Source: Frankiales bacterium
GTDB lineage: Bacteria; Actinomycetota; Actinomycetes; Mycobacteriales; SCTD01
Assembly: GCA_025465465.1 (NCBI GenBank)
Contig: JAODND010000091.1
Coordinates: 20,850-84,849 of the forward strand
Length of the DNA: 64,000 nt
Direction of reading: 5' to 3'
The position numbers and the translations under genes are program-made. Shown here in pieces: positions 32,989 through 45,700 of this stretch. A model generated the notes under the pieces. It did not search any database, was not told where the DNA came from, and saw nothing but the letters and a program-made list of their open reading frames with translations. How positions within the stretch are numbered: the first letter of the stretch is position 1; every line of letters starts with the position of its first letter.

Positions 32989-35528
32989 ACCGGGCTGCTC
33001 TCACTGGGTTGGGCGGTGGGGACCTGGACGACCATCGTGAGCCCACCCCCGGGTGTGTCCTCCATGGTCAGCACACCGGACATTGCTTCGGTGAAGCCGC
33101 GGGCAATGGCCAACCCAAGACCGACCCCGGCCTCGTCGCTGCTGGCGTGGTCGTGGAGGCGTTGGAACGGCTCGAAGGCGCGCGCCTGGCCAACCTGCGG
33201 GATCCCCGGTCCGCGGTCGATGACGCGAAGCTCGACGACCTCACCATGGCTGCTACCTGCGACGCGAACAGCCACGTTCGGCGGGGAGTGGCGCACAGCG
33301 TTCTGCACAAGGTTGGCGATGACGCGCTCGAGCAGCCCTGGATCGGCAAGCACCTCGGGGAGGTCGGGGGGCACGTGAAGGTCGAGGTTGCTGTCAGCCG
33401 CAACATGAGCGAGAGCCTGACTGACGATGTCGTCGAGTGCGACAGCGCGGGGGAACACGGAGAGCACGCCCGCTTGGAGCCGGGACAGGTCGAGCAGGTT
33501 GGTGACGAGCTCGGTGAGCCGGTCAAGAGCGGCACCCGCACTGCTGAGCAATTCGCCCCTGTCGTCCGCGGACCAGGTGACGTGGGCGTCAGCCAAGCCG
33601 GAGATGGCGGCCTTGGCGACGGCCAGTGGGGTGCGGAGGTCGTGGCTGACAGCATTCAGCAGCGCGGTGCGCATCCGGTCGGCCTCGGCCAAGGGAGCGG
33701 CGGCCTGTGCTGCCTGCATGAGCTGGCGCTGCTGGTAGGCGACGGCAGCCTGGGCGGCGAAGGCGGAGAGCACTCTGCGGTCCTCAGGGGGCAGCGATCG
33801 TCCGGTGAGGGCGAGCGTGAGGTCGTCACCGAGCGGTACCTCGGTGTCGGCCGTCTCAGGTTGGGTGCACGCGCTGCTACCGGTCGTCGCGACGACACTC
33901 CATCGGCCTCGGGCGGCGGCGCCGCTGCTAGCGGGTGCGGTGGTATCGCGGCGGAGCAGGGTGACGTTGGTGACGGCGAAGGTCTCCCGCACCCTTTCGA
34001 GCAAGGCGGGAAGCGCCGTTTCGCCGCGAAGCAGACTGCCGGCGAGGGTGGACAGGGTCTCGGCCTCCGCGCTGGACCGGGCTGCCTGGCTGCTGCGGGA
34101 GGCAGCGAGGTCGACGACGCGACTGACCAGGACCGCGATGAGCACGAACACCGCAAGCGACAAGGCGTTCTCCGGCTCGCTGATGGTGAAGGTGTGAACC
34201 GGAGCAACGAAGTAGTAGTTGAGCAGCAGGCTGGCCACGACCGCAGCGGCGAGCGCGGGCCAGAAGCCTCCAACGAGGCAGACCACGACCACGGCGAGGA
34301 GGTAGAGCAGCAGGTCCGTGCCGATGGTGAGGTCGTGCCGGGTGGCCGTCCCCAGCATCGTCAGGCCGGTCAGCAGCACCGTTGCGGTGAGCGCGCCGAA
34401 CAGGCGACGTCGACGGTTGAGTCCACTGGTCAGCGCCGGAAGCGAGCGTCCCTTTCCGGCGTAGTCGTGGCTGACGACGTGGACGTCGATGGGGCCGGAG
34501 TTCCGGACGGTGGTCGCGCCGGTGCCAGGTCCGACGAGGTAGCGGCGTCGGCGGCTCGCGCCGATCACGATCTGGGTGGCGTTGTTGGCTCGGGCGAACT
34601 CGAGGAGGGCGGCGGAGACGTTGTCACCGACCAGGGAGTGGTAGGACCCGCCCAGCGACTCGACGAGCAGCCGCTGGCTCGTCAGGGTGGCGGGGCTGGC
34701 ACCGGACAGGCCGTCGCTGCGGGCAACGTGGACGGCGAGCAGGTCGCCGCCGACGGCGCGGGCGGCGATCCGGGCTGCCCGGCGAATGAGAGTGTCCCCT
34801 TCTAGCCCGCCGGTCAGGGCGACGACGACGCGTTCTCGCGTCTCCCACGCGTCGGCGATGCCGTGCTGCGCGCGATACCTCTGGAGTCCCTCTTCGACGC
34901 TGTCGGCCAGCCACAGCAGGGCGAGCTCACGCAGTGCGGTGAGGTTGCCGACGCGGAAGTAGTTGCCGAGTGCGGCGTCGACCTTTTCCGGGGCGTAGAT
35001 GTTGCCGTGAGCCATCCGACGGCGCAGGGCTTCGGGAGTCATGTCGACGAGCTCGACCTGGTCGGCGGCGCGGACCACGGAGTCCGGGACCGTCTCTCGC
35101 TGCGCCACGCCGGTGATCTGCTCGACGACGTCGTTGAGGCTGTCGAGGTGCTGGACATTGACGGTGCTGATGACATCGATGCCGGCTTCGAGCAGCGCCT
35201 CGACGTCCTGCCAGCGCTTGCCATGTGTCGTACCTGGAACGTTGGTGTGGGCGAGCTCGTCGATCAGCGCGACGTCGGGGGCTCGTGCCAGGACCGCGTC
35301 GAGGTCCAGCTCGGTGAAGCTGGCCCCGCGGTGTTGAACAGTGCGCCGCGGGACCTGCTCGAGGCCGTCCACCTTGGCCGCGGTGTGCGGGCGGCCGTGG
35401 GTTTCGATGTAGCCGATCACGACGTCGGTGCCGCGACCGGCGCGGCGATGGCCCTCGTCGAGCATCGCGTAGGTCTTCCCGACCCCGGGCGCGGCGCCGA
35501 GGTAGACGCGTAGCACTCCTCGGGACAC
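32985..35528 (-). CDS. kdpD: sensor histidine kinase KdpD
   Basis: 847 aa. The N-terminal KdpD domain reads LRVYLGAAPGVGKTYAML. It also has a Usp-like region, 4 TM segments, an H-box (NAVSHDLRTPL) and an ATPase domain. Confidence 0.95.
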   Translation of the reverse strand: MSRGVLRVYLGAAPGVGKTYAMLDEGHRRAGRGTDVVIGYIETHGRPHTAAKVDGLEQVPRRTVQHRGASFTELDLDAVLARAPDVALIDELAHTNVPGTTHGKRWQDVEALLEAGIDVISTVNVQHLDSLNDVVEQITGVAQRETVPDSVVRAADQVELVDMTPEALRRRMAHGNIYAPEKVDAALGNYFRVGNLTALRELALLWLADSVEEGLQRYRAQHGIADAWETRERVVVALTGGLEGDTLIRRAARIAARAVGGDLLAVHVARSDGLSGASPATLTSQRLLVESLGGSYHSLVGDNVSAALLEFARANNATQIVIGASRRRRYLVGPGTGATTVRNSGPIDVHVVSHDYAGKGRSLPALTSGLNRRRRLFGALTATVLLTGLTMLGTATRHDLTIGTDLLLYLLAVVVVCLVGGFWPALAAAVVASLLLNYYFVAPVHTFTISEPENALSLAVFVLIAVLVSRVVDLAASRSSQAARSSAEAETLSTLAGSLLRGETALPALLERVRETFAVTNVTLLRRDTTAPASSGAAARGRWSVVATTGSSACTQPETADTEVPLGDDLTLALTGRSLPPEDRRVLSAFAAQAAVAYQQRQLMQAAQAAAPLAEADRMRTALLNAVSHDLRTPLAVAKAAISGLADAHVTWSADDRGELLSSAGAALDRLTELVTNLLDLSRLQAGVLSVFPRAVALDDIVSQALAHVAADSNLDLHVPPDLPEVLADPGLLERVIANLVQNAVRHSPPNVAVRVAGSSHGEVVELRVIDRGPGIPQVGQARAFEPFQRLHDHASSDEAGVGLGLAIARGFTEAMSGVLTMEDTPGGGLTMVVQVPTAQPSESSPV

Positions 35529-35542
35529 GTGCTGATCCTGCT

Positions 35543-36433
35543 CTAGTGGCCGCGGTACGGGTATCGGTGATCAAGGTCGAGATCGAGGTCGAGCACGTTG
35601 ACTGCGGGTTCGCCGAGGAACCCGAGGCCGCGGCCGGTGGTGTGCTTCGCCACCAGGCTGCGGACCTGCTCATCGGTGATGCCGCGCACCCTGGCGACGC
35701 GGGCAACCTGCAGCGCTGCGTACTCGGGGCTGATCTGAGGGTCGAGCCCTGAGCCGCTTGCCGTGACAGCGTCCGCCGGCACCGCGGGTGTGCCGTGGAG
35801 GCTGCCGCGGATCGCGACAAGCTGTCCGCGGGAGTAGTCGTCGCCGAAGACTCCGCACTCGACGGCGACTCCTTGGTAGGTGCGCAGGAACGGCGCCGCG
35901 GGGCAGGCTTGGTTGACACTCACGACGCGCGTGACGGTTCCTGCGTACCCAGGCCCGGCGTGGAAGACGGCGAGGACGGCGCCGACCCCACTGGGGGTGC
36001 AGTAGGGGCGGGCGCCGCTCACGCCCTCGAGCTCGCCGACGGCCTTGCTGCGAGAGCACACCAGCGTGAGCAGATGCTGGGTGCCGCTGTCGTCCTTGTT
36101 CTTCGGGTCGGGAAGCACATCGACGATGCTCTCCGGACCAAGGTTGCTGGCGCTGGAGGCGGTCGGATCGTAGCCCGCACCGGCGGCCGAGGGTCGGCTC
36201 TGGAAGTACTGCCGGAGCGGGTTGCCGTCCTTGTCGGTGAAGCTCTGCCCGATCAGCGTCGAACCGATCAGCGTGCCGTCGGCGTTGTAGACCAGCGACC
36301 CGTTGGCGCGGTCCTTCAGGCCCGGAATCTGCGCGACGGCGGTGACGGCCAGGGGATAGACGACGCCGGTGATGACGGTCATCACCAGGAGCAGTCGCAG
36401 GGCGGCGGAGTACTGCCGGACGGTGGCGCGCAT
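35543..36433 (-). CDS. kdpC: K+-transporting ATPase subunit C, with a large Cys-containing insertion
   Basis: 296 aa. The N-terminal TM segment, GSTLIGQSF and VTASGSGLDPQISP motifs are KdpC-like. It is about 85-100 aa longer than the roughly 190-aa E. coli KdpC. Confidence 0.9.
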   Translation of the reverse strand: MRATVRQYSAALRLLLVMTVITGVVYPLAVTAVAQIPGLKDRANGSLVYNADGTLIGSTLIGQSFTDKDGNPLRQYFQSRPSAAGAGYDPTASSASNLGPESIVDVLPDPKNKDDSGTQHLLTLVCSRSKAVGELEGVSGARPYCTPSGVGAVLAVFHAGPGYAGTVTRVVSVNQACPAAPFLRTYQGVAVECGVFGDDYSRGQLVAIRGSLHGTPAVPADAVTASGSGLDPQISPEYAALQVARVARVRGITDEQVRSLVAKHTTGRGLGFLGEPAVNVLDLDLDLDHRYPYRGH

Positions 36434-36434
36434 G

Positions 36435-38545
<2,111 letters not shown>

Positions 38546-38546
<1 letters not shown>

Positions 38547-40210
38547 CAGCGCAGCCCTTCGGCGAGCGGACCCAGCGCGAGGGCTGGAAAGTAGGTGAGG
38601 GCGACGACGATGACCGTGACGCCGGTGAGGAAGCCCACGAACTGCAGCCGATGGGTCGGCAAGGTCCCGTCAGAGACGGGTACGTGGTGTTGGCGGGCCA
38701 GCGAGCCGGCGAGGCCGAGGACGAAGAGCATCGGCAGGAACCGGCCGAACAGCATGGCCAGGCCGAGGGCGGTGTTGTACCAGGTGGTGTTGACGCTGAT
38801 GCCAGCGAAAGCACTGCCGTTGTTGTTGCCGGCCGAGGTGAACGCGTAGAGCACCTCGGAGAAGCCGTGTGCGCCGCTGTTGAGCATCGAGGCGCGTTCC
38901 TTCGCGAACGACATCGCCAATGCCGTCCCGGTGAGGACGATCGCGGGGGTGCTCAGGATGTACAGCGACGCGAAGGTGACTTCGCGACGGCCGACCTTCT
39001 TGCCGAGATACTCCGGTGTGCGACCGACCATGAGGCCGGCGATGAACACCGAGAGGACCGCGAGCACGAGCATCCCGTACAGGCCCGAGCCGGTGCCGCC
39101 GGGCGCGACCTCGCCGAGCATCATGTTGAACAGGGTCACAGCGCCGCCGAGGCTGGTGTAGCTGTCATGGAAGCTGTTCACCGCGCCCGTTGATGTCGCC
39201 GTGGTCGTGCTCGCGAAGATGGCGGAGTCCGGGACACCGAAGCGGGTCTCCACGCCCTCGGTAGCTGCGCCGACGGCCGTCGGGACGGTCCCGTGGTGGG
39301 CGAGTTGGGCACCCGCCAGCAGCCCTGTGGTCGTGACGAGCAGCAGCCCCATCACGGCCGCGATGGCCAGGCCCTGGCGCTTGTCGTTCACCATCTTGCC
39401 GAAGGTGCGGCACAGCGCGAACGGGATGACGATCTCGAGGAAGGTCGAGAGCCAGTTGGTGTAGGTCGTGGGGTTCTCGAAAGGGTGGGCGCTGTTGGCG
39501 TTGAAGAACCCGCCGCCGTTGGTGCCGAGCTGCTTGATGGCTTCCTGGCTCGCGACCGGGCCGCCAGGCAGGGTCTGCGCTCCGCCGGCGAGGCCGGTGG
39601 CGCTGCGGTAGGCGTGCAGGTTCTGGATCTCGCCGGAGGCGACGAAGATCACGGCGACCAGGAAGGACAGGGGCAGCAGCAGCCGGAGTGTGCAGCGGGT
39701 CAGGTCGACCCAGAAGTTGCCGAGCCGGTCGGTGCGGGAGCGCGCGAAGCCTCGGACGAGTGCGATCGCGACGGCGATGCCAACGGCGGCGGACAGGAAG
39801 TTCTGCACGGCGAGGCCGAGGAACTGCGCGGTGTAGCCCAGGCCGCTCTCGCCGGAGTAGCTCTGCCAGTTGGTGTTCGTGGTGAAGCTGACCGCGGTGT
39901 TGAACGACTGCGCCGGCGGCATCTGCGGGACCGCGTACGGGTGCCCGAAGTGATGCTGCAGCCGTAGCAGCCCGTAGAGCGCAAGGATGGAGACCGCGCT
40001 GAAAGCCAGGACCGAGCGCAGGTAGGTAGCCCAGGTCTGGTCGGCCTCCGGGTCGACACCGACGGTGCGGTAGACGGCCTTCTCGACCCGGGTGTGCGAC
40101 GGGCTGGTGAAGATCCGGGCCATGTAGTCGCCCAACGGCCGGAAGGACACCGAGACAGCGACGACGATGCTGACGGCGAAGGCGAGCCCTGCGACGGTGG
40201 TCGCGCTCAT
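38546..40210 (-). CDS. kdpA: K+-transporting ATPase subunit A
   Basis: 554 aa, polytopic, with KdpA sequence features ([25 protein letters not shown]). Confidence 0.95.
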
Positions 40211-40299
40211 CAGAAGCGCTCCGGGAACAGCAGCGCGACCAGCAGGAAGACCGTGAGGACGACGGCAAGGATGAGGCCCACGACGTTCTCCGCGCTCAC
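40210..40299 (-). CDS. kdpF: K+-transporting ATPase subunit F
   Basis: Not in the ORF track because it is under 60 aa. My translation gives [29 protein letters not shown], with the typical KdpF C-terminus LLxPExF. There is a TGATG overlap with the kdpA start. Confidence 0.8.
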   Translation of the reverse strand: MSAENVVGLILAVVLTVFLLVALLFPERF

Positions 40300-40379
40300 A
40301 GCCGCTCGACCCCCTTGGCGATCAGGCCCAGCAGCGCGAAGCTGGCCAGGACCACCACGACGAACACGACATCGGCCAC
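40296..40379 (-). CDS. 27-aa hydrophobic micro-ORF upstream of kdpF
   Basis: My translation gives [27 protein letters not shown]. The GTG at 40379 is preceded by AGGGAGAA 5 nt upstream. Its stop overlaps the kdpF GTG (GTGA). Confidence 0.45.
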   Translation of the reverse strand: MADVVFVVVVLASFALLGLIAKGVERL

Positions 40380-40586
40380 GACGTTCTCCCTGCCCTTGTC
40401 CGCCGGCAGCAGCGCCGGCCCCCTCACCTCAGCGCCCCACGAGGCTCGGCAGGCCGATCCATACGGCTTCCTCGCGCGCTCCTCACGACTTCCTCACGGC
40501 ACCCGCGAACAACGTGGCTGCGGTAGCCGGCGGCGGTCTCGGTGAGCAGGCCCTTGTCCTTCTGGTCCCTCTGACGGGACTTTTGT

Positions 40587-40602
40587 TCGAACAAAGGTTC
40601 GA
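40587..40602. promoter_or_regulatory. LexA SOS box TCGAAC-N4-GTTCGA
   Basis: TCGAACAAAGGTTCGA is a perfect match to the actinobacterial SOS box. It lies 14 nt upstream of the imuA' start and overlaps a second perfect palindrome, TTTGTTCGAACAAA (40582-40595). Confidence 0.8.
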
Positions 40603-40616
40603 GTACCGTTCCAGGA

Positions 40617-41228
40617 GTGTCCGTCGCGCCACTGCTGCACCGGGTCCTGCCGGAGTCACCGGTCCCTGGGTTCCGGCCGCGGGACGACGTCTTCCCGGTG
40701 CTGTCCCCGCTCGATGAGCTCTTCCCCTACGGTGGCCTGGCCCGCGGCAGCGTCGTGGCCGTCGACTCCCCCGCACTTGCGCTTGCCGTCGTCGCCGCGG
40801 CGAGCGGCGGCGGGGCGTGGTGTGCAGTTGCCGGGCTGCCAGTGCTCGGGCCAGCGGCGGCCGGTGAGATCGGGGTCGACCTGACCCGCCTCGTCGTCGT
40901 GCCCGCGCCGGGTGAGGTGTGGGCGACGGCGACCGCGACGTTGCTGGACGGGATCGAGATCGTGCTCGTCGTCGCACCGAAGCACGCCCGGAGCGCCGAG
41001 ATGCGCAAGCTCGCCGGCCGGGTGCGTGAGCGGCGCGGCGTGCTCATCCCGGTCGGCGGCTGGCCGGAGCAGGTCGATCTGCGGCTGCGCATCGAGAGCA
41101 GTGAGTGGATCGGGGCCGACGCGGGCTACGGGCGGCTGACCGGGCGGCGCTGCGCGATCAGCGCGAGCGGTCGCGGTGCAGCCGCCCGGGAGCGACGGGT
41201 GACGACGTGGCTACCACTCGGGTCGTGA
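40617..41228 (+). CDS. imuA': ImuA' (RecA/SulA-like mutasome accessory protein)
   Basis: 203 aa. It is the first gene of a cassette with imuB and dnaE2, sits directly behind the SOS box, and has a degenerate RecA-like core (GGLARGSVVAV). Confidence 0.75.
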   Translation: MSVAPLLHRVLPESPVPGFRPRDDVFPVLSPLDELFPYGGLARGSVVAVDSPALALAVVAAASGGGAWCAVAGLPVLGPAAAGEIGVDLTRLVVVPAPGEVWATATATLLDGIEIVLVVAPKHARSAEMRKLAGRVRERRGVLIPVGGWPEQVDLRLRIESSEWIGADAGYGRLTGRRCAISASGRGAAARERRVTTWLPLGS

Positions 41229-42766
41229 CGCTGTGGTGCCCTGACTGGCCCCTTGTCGCGCTTGAGGTCGACGCGGACGAGCAGGCTGCGGTGCTCGTGG
41301 GCGACGAGGTACTCGCCTGCACCGCGACTGCGCGCGCCGACGGCGTACGACGTGGGTTGCGTCGGCGTGAGGCGCAGCGGCGCTGTCCCGCACTGCGGCT
41401 GCTGGACCGCGACGAGCTGCGGGAGGCGCGCGTCTTCGAGCCGGTGCTCACCGCGCTCGATGCCGTGAGCCCCTCGGTCGAGGTCGTGCGACCCGGCCTG
41501 TGTGTGTTCACGACGAAGGGTCCGTCGCGGTACTTCGGGGGTGACGTGATCCTCGCCCGACTTTCTGCCGAGACGGTGCGCGACGTCATCCCGGCGACCG
41601 CCTTCGCGGGCATCGCGGACGGCCGCTTCGCCTCGCTGCTGGCTGCGCGCACGGCCGATCCCGAGGGCGTGGTCATCCCCCCGGGAGGCAGCGCGGCGTT
41701 CCTCGCGCCCTTGCCCGTCGCACTGCTGGACAGGACTGGCGAGCCGGGCCTGGCCGACCTGCTGGTCCGGCTCGGGCTGCGCACGCTCGGCGCGGTGGCG
41801 GCGCTGCCGACCCGAAACGTCGCCTCGCGGTTCGGTGCGCAGGGCACCCTCGCGCATCGGCTCGCACGTGGCTTGGACGAGCTGCCCGTGACCGCACGCG
41901 TCGCGCCGCCAGACCTCACCGTGCAGCAGGAGCTGGACCCGCCGGAAGAGACGCTGGAGCCGTTGGCGTTCGTGGCGAAGATGCTCGCCGACACGCTGCA
42001 GGCGGAGCTGGCCGTGCGGGGTCTCGGCTGCACGCGCGTGCTTGTCGAGGCGCAGACCGAGCATGGCGAGCAACGCGCCCGGCTCTGGCGGCAGGACGGC
42101 GCCCTGTCCGCCGCGGCGATCGCGCAGCGGGTGCGGTGGCAGCTCGCCGGCTGGCTCACCGGCGCCGCCTCGGAGCGACCGACCGGAGGGATCTCGCTGC
42201 TGCGGCTGACCCCGGACGAGGTGCACCGCGACGACGGCCGGCAGCTGCAGCTGTTCGGTGAGGCGACGGACGCGGACGAGCGGGCAGCCGTCGTGCTCTC
42301 GCGGCTGCAGGGGTTGCTCGGGTTCGATGCGGTGCTCGTACCGGTGCCCGCGGGTGGGCGGGACCCGGCCGACTACACCCGGCTCGTGCCGTGGGGCGAG
42401 CCGAAGCCGCCGGCCTGGACCGGCGAGCCGCCGTGGCCGGGGCGGCTGCCGGCACCCACCCCGACCGTGCTCTACCCAGAAACGCTGCCGGCCGTTGTCG
42501 TCGATGCGATGGACAAGCCCGTCTCGCTCGACGCGCAGGGCGCGGTCTCTGCTGCGCCGCAGGGGCTCTCGATCCGTGGTGGCACGCGGCTGCGCATCAC
42601 GTCGTGGGCCGGGCCGTGGCCGGTGAACGAGCGCTGGTGGGACCGCACTGAGTCACCGGTCGACGGCAACCAGCTGGCGCGCTTCCAGGTCGTCACCGAC
42701 GACGGCACAGCACGGCTGCTCATGACGACCGCGACCGGCTGGTACGTCGAAGGCGCGTACGTATGA
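41207..42766 (+). CDS. imuB: ImuB (catalytically inactive Y-family polymerase-like mutasome subunit)
   Basis: GTG at 41207 (VATTRVVTLWCPDWPLVALEV...), a typical ImuB N-terminus. It overlaps the end of imuA'. Confidence 0.85.
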   Translation: MATTRVVTLWCPDWPLVALEVDADEQAAVLVGDEVLACTATARADGVRRGLRRREAQRRCPALRLLDRDELREARVFEPVLTALDAVSPSVEVVRPGLCVFTTKGPSRYFGGDVILARLSAETVRDVIPATAFAGIADGRFASLLAARTADPEGVVIPPGGSAAFLAPLPVALLDRTGEPGLADLLVRLGLRTLGAVAALPTRNVASRFGAQGTLAHRLARGLDELPVTARVAPPDLTVQQELDPPEETLEPLAFVAKMLADTLQAELAVRGLGCTRVLVEAQTEHGEQRARLWRQDGALSAAAIAQRVRWQLAGWLTGAASERPTGGISLLRLTPDEVHRDDGRQLQLFGEATDADERAAVVLSRLQGLLGFDAVLVPVPAGGRDPADYTRLVPWGEPKPPAWTGEPPWPGRLPAPTPTVLYPETLPAVVVDAMDKPVSLDAQGAVSAAPQGLSIRGGTRLRITSWAGPWPVNERWWDRTESPVDGNQLARFQVVTDDGTARLLMTTATGWYVEGAYV

Positions 42767-42779
42767 GGAGCTGTCCCCG

Positions 42780-45700
42780 ATGAGCTTCAACAACAACCCG
42801 GCGATGAGCTGGGCCGAGCTTGAGCAACGGCTGTCCGACGGGCGTCCGAGCAACCAGCCGCCGCGCGCCGACGGAGGTGACAGCCCGGCGTGGTCACGCA
42901 AGCGACAGCCTTACGAGGCGATGCTTCATCGCACCCCTGGGCGCGTGCCCTATGCGGAGCTGCACTGCCACTCCAACTTCAGCTTCCTCGACGGCGCGTC
43001 CCATCCGGAGGAGCTCGCGGAGGAGGCCGCGCGACTCGGGCTCGAAGCGATCGCACTCACCGATCACGACGGCTTCTACGGCGTCGTGCGGTTCGCCGAG
43101 GCCGCGAAGGCCGTGGGGATACCGACGATCTTCGGCGCCGAGCTCGACCTCGCTCTTCCGCACACACGGCAAGGGCCGGCCGACCCGGGTGGCACCCATC
43201 TGCTCGTACTCGCACGAGACCCGGAGGGCTACGCGCGGCTCGCCCGCGCGATCAGCCTCGGCCAGCGCCGCGGTGAGAAGGGCCGACCGGCCTATGACCT
43301 CGGTCATCTCGCGGACGCACACGACGGTCACTGGCTCGTCCTCACCGGCTGCCGCAAGGGACTCGTACCCGGATCCCTGCCGCGCGATGAGCTCGGCACG
43401 CTCGTCGACGCGTTCGGCGCGGACAACGTCGCGGTCGAGCTCTGGGACCACGGCCGGCCCGACGACTCCGAGCGCAACGACTCACTCGCCGCGCTGGCGG
43501 CCGTGCATGGGCTGCCGACCGTCGCGACCAACAACGTGCACTACGCGACCCCCACGCGCTGGAAGCTCGCGACCGCGCTCGCCGCGGTGCGCGCACGGCG
43601 CAGCCTCGACGAGATCGACGGCTGGCTGCCGGCAGCACCTGTCGCGCACCTGCGCTCCGGCGCGGAGCAGGCGCAGCGCTTCGCACGCTGGCCGGGCGCC
43701 GTGCAACGCGCAGCGGAGCTGGGGCTCGCGTGCGCGTTCGACCTCGCGCTCGTCGCGCCGCGGCTGCCGAAGTGGGACGTGCCGGCAGGCCACACCGAGG
43801 CGACGTGGCTGCGCCACCTCACCCGGGAGGGTGCTCTCGTCCGCTACGGGCCGCGGCGTCCGGAGAGCGAGAACGCATACCGGCAGATCGAGAAGGAGCT
43901 CGACGTCATCGAGCAGCTCGACTTCCCCGGCTACTTCCTCATCGTGCACGACATCATGGGCTTCTGCGAGCACGCCGACATCCTCTGCCAGGGACGCGGC
44001 TCCGCGGCGAACAGTGCGGTCTGTTATGCGCTGGGCATCACCCAGGTCGACTCGGTCGGGCTCGGGCTGCTCTTCGAGCGGTTCCTCTCTCCTTACCGCG
44101 ACGGGCCGCCCGATATCGACCTCGACATCGAGAGCGATCGACGCGAGGAGGTCATCCAGTACGTCTACGGCAAGTACGGGCGCGACCACACCGCCCAGGT
44201 GGCCAACGTCATCAGCTACCGCCCGAAGTCCGCGATCCGCGACATCGGCCGCGCGCTCGGCTATGCGCCCGGCCAGCTCGACGCCTGGACGAAGCAGATC
44301 GAGCACTGGGGGCCGCTGCCCGCGGAGGCCGACACCGACACCCCGGACACCCTCGTCACCCTTGCCGGTGAGCTGATGGGGTTCCCCCGCCACCTCGGCA
44401 TCCACTCCGGTGGCATGGTGATCTGCGACCGGCCGGTGATCGAGGTGTGCCCGGTCGAGTGGGCGCGGATGGAGAACCGCACCGTCCTGCAGTGGGACAA
44501 GGACGACTGCGCGGCGACCGGGCTGGTGAAGTTCGACCTGCTCGGGCTCGGGATGCTCTCCGCGATCCACGTCGCGTTCGACCTCATCGAGGAGACCACG
44601 GGCGAGCGGCTAAGGCTCGCGACGCTGCCGCAGGAGGACCCGGCCGTCTACGACATGCTCTGCGCGGCCGACACGGTCGGCGTCTTCCAGGTGGAGTCGC
44701 GCGCACAGATGGCGACGCTGCCGCGGCTGCTGCCGCGGTGCTTCTCCGACATCGTCGTCGAGGTCGCCATCATCCGGCCCGGTCCGATCCAGGGCGGCTC
44801 GGTCCACCCCTACATCCGGCGTCGGCACGGCACAGAGCCCGAGACCTACCTGCACCCGCTGCTCGAACCCGCGCTGAAGAAGACGCTCGGCGTGCCACTG
44901 TTCCAGGAACAGCTCATGCAGATCGCGATCGATGTCGCGGGCTTCTCCCCTGCAGAGGCTGACCAGCTGCGTGTCGCGATGGGTTCCAAGCGGTCCGCCG
45001 AGCGGATGGAGCGGCTGCACGCCCTGCTGATCGAAGGCATGGCCGCCAAGGGCATCGACTCCGACATCTCCGAGCAGATCTACGACAAGATGCTCGCGTT
45101 CGCAAACTTCGGCTTCCCCGAATCGCACGCTGTGAGCTTCGCCTACCTCGTCTATGCCAGCGCATGGCTGAAACTGCGCCACCCGGGACCCTTCCTCGCG
45201 GCCTTGCTCAACTCCCAACCGATGGGCTTCTACTCACCGCAGTCGCTCGTCGCGGACGCGCGCCGACATGGCGTCACCGTGCGCGGACCGGACATCAACG
45301 CCTCGCGTCAGATGGCGCACATCGAGACCGATGGTGCGGTGCGGCTCGGGCTGCACTCGGTGCGCAGCATCGGCGACGACCTCGCCGCCGAGCTCACTGC
45401 CGGCGTGCCCTACACCTCGATCGGCGACGTCTCGCACCGGGTCGCGCTCACCGCGCACCAGCTCGAGGCTCTCGCAACAGCGGGGGCCTTCGGGTGCTTC
45501 GGGATCCCCCGCAGGTCGGCGCTGTGGACCGCGGGAGCGGCAGCCGGTTCGGGCCCGAACTCACTCGACGGTGTGCTGGTCGGCGCGGATGCACCGCACC
45601 TGCCCGAGATGACCGACCTCGAGCAGGCCGGCGCGGACCTCTGGGCCATGTCGATGTCACCGACCTTCGACCCCGTCCGGTTCTCACGGTCCCGGCTCGA

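Noticed and set aside
40380-40427. Longer 43-aa version of the kdp micro-ORF starting at the GTG at 40427
   Set aside because: The in-frame upstream GTG lacks a separated Shine-Dalgarno sequence, whereas the GTG at 40379 has AGGGAGAA at ideal spacing. The extension is also hydrophilic and unlike KdpF-type peptides.
40380-40586. Possible riboswitch or leader RNA (for example a c-di-AMP type) in the kdp 5' region
   Set aside because: I could not recognise any conserved riboswitch core by eye. Only short ORF-like stretches and the SOS box region are evident. A covariance-model scan (Rfam) would be needed.
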